A DNA stretch of 26,589 bases from a virus (lineage: Duplodnaviria; Caudoviricetes). The notes under the pieces are model-generated. The model ran no database searches, had not been told where the DNA came from, and saw only the letters and a program-made list of their open reading frames with translations. Location of the stretch: positions 1 through 26,589 of IMG/VR virus record IMGVR_UViG_3300032240_000604; one strand, written 5' to 3'. Shown here one piece after another: positions 25,882-26,589 of the stretch (within the stretch, counting starts at the first letter, position 1; every line of letters starts with the position of its first letter). The position numbers were made by a program, and so were the translations under genes.

Positions 25882-26567
25882 ATCATCCACCCAAAAAATA
25901 GAGACACAAACACTGTTGCAATTATCCCACTTATTGTTTCAATCAGCCTAATCTCTTCTTGCTCTTGCTTCCACCTAGCCAACCTAACTCTGCGTATCGT
26001 TTCTGCCCTAGCCCACTCTTGTTCTTGTTCTATCTTGTTGTACATTTTTAAGAACCTGCTATACAAGTCTTTTAGTTCAGGCGGGGCATAGACCATTGCC
26101 TCTCTGGTTTGCTCCATCAACTTTTCCATTTGCAACTCAATCAGCGCCCGCTCTATAGCTTTCTTACTGGTGTTTTGCGTTGGGTCGTAGTTAGTCTTTG
26201 ATGTCTCTTCTAACTCATGGTAGTGGTTGTTGATTGCTTGTTGCGTGTCGAATAGGACGCCAAGGTTTGCGCCAATCTCGCTAATGAGTTTGAGTTCAAG
26301 TTCTTCGTAGGACTGTTGCTTGGCTGCGGTTTTCTTTTGCGCCACAGACTTGGGCGGCACTGTATACTTATTTTCGGGGACTGTATACTTAAAAAGCCCG
26401 ACGACCCAATCCCATATACCCTTGATAGCCTTGACGTCATCAATGACGCCCTCGACTGTTTTCTTGGCTCCTTCAAGTTCCATGCGTCCATCGTGGAGCA
26501 TGTCGCATCCTGCTTTAATAAAGCCGACGGCAGCTTGGGCTGCCATGAGGAGAGAGAATGGATCCAC
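25848..26567 (-). CDS. hypothetical coiled-coil protein with C-terminal TM
   Basis: MDPFSLL start (GTG); helical; TM IIATVFVSLFFGWMMW. Confidence 0.75.
   Translation of the reverse strand: MDPFSLLMAAQAAVGFIKAGCDMLHDGRMELEGAKKTVEGVIDDVKAIKGIWDWVVGLFKYTVPENKYTVPPKSVAQKKTAAKQQSYEELELKLISEIGANLGVLFDTQQAINNHYHELEETSKTNYDPTQNTSKKAIERALIELQMEKLMEQTREAMVYAPPELKDLYSRFLKMYNKIEQEQEWARAETIRRVRLARWKQEQEEIRLIETISGIIATVFVSLFFGWMMWQLRGLSDGL
26359..26391. repeat. 12-bp direct repeat, period 21 bp
   Basis: ACTGTATACTTA at 26359-26370 and 26380-26391, encoding KYTVP twice. Confidence 0.8.
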
Positions 26568-26570
26568 ATC

Positions 26571-26589
26571 TTAGGTCTTGATGATGTAG
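26571..26589 (-). CDS. 3' end of a tail-collar/tail-fibre gene (partial)
   Basis: ...YIIKT* is the characteristic C-terminus of tail-collar-domain proteins. Only 5 codons are visible. Confidence 0.45.

Noticed and set aside
25888-25900. TTTTTTGGG run at the overlap of the 239-aa and 54-aa genes as a possible -1 frameshift site
   Set aside because: It does not fit X XXY YYZ in the correct phase, and independent GTG starts explain the overlap.
26210-26569. 119-aa alternative-frame ORF starting 2 nt upstream of the 239-aa gene
   Set aside because: Ser/Arg/Pro-rich shadow-like composition, no clear SD and no recognisable motif. It is not fully excluded.
1-26589. CRISPR array, tRNA, integrase, reverse transcriptase/DGR, intron or intein
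   Set aside because: No repeat-spacer array, cloverleaf or RT/recombinase motif was seen. The polymerase and helicases are uninterrupted and of ordinary length.

Overview
A 26.6 kb fragment of a tailed dsDNA phage with podovirus-like architecture. The host is probably proteobacterial, which is an inference. There are two convergent gene blocks. The + strand (1-10870) is a replication module: small early ORFs, an NrdR-like Zn ribbon, family A DNA polymerase (Leu762 type), a Cas4-like PD-(D/E)XK nuclease, VRR-NUC, HNH, an HTH protein, a SNF2 helicase, an SSB-like protein and a primase/DUF927-SF3 helicase. The - strand (10933-26589) is a late module: the end of a tail-collar gene, membrane proteins, holin and GH24 endolysin, a tail tubular/nozzle protein, a GNAT, and three internal virion proteins. 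The last of these is a 2529-aa polyvalent protein with HTH-like, L,D-transpeptidase-like, HExxH zincin and PLxRFG-like regions. The most unusual observation is four small +1-frame ORFs nested inside this giant gene. Each has its own Shine-Dalgarno/ATG and sits in an inter-domain linker, and one resembles a normally free-standing phage protein family. A candidate structured RNA with a loop-E motif lies at 7525-7591. All family assignments come from motif recognition by eye, not database searches.
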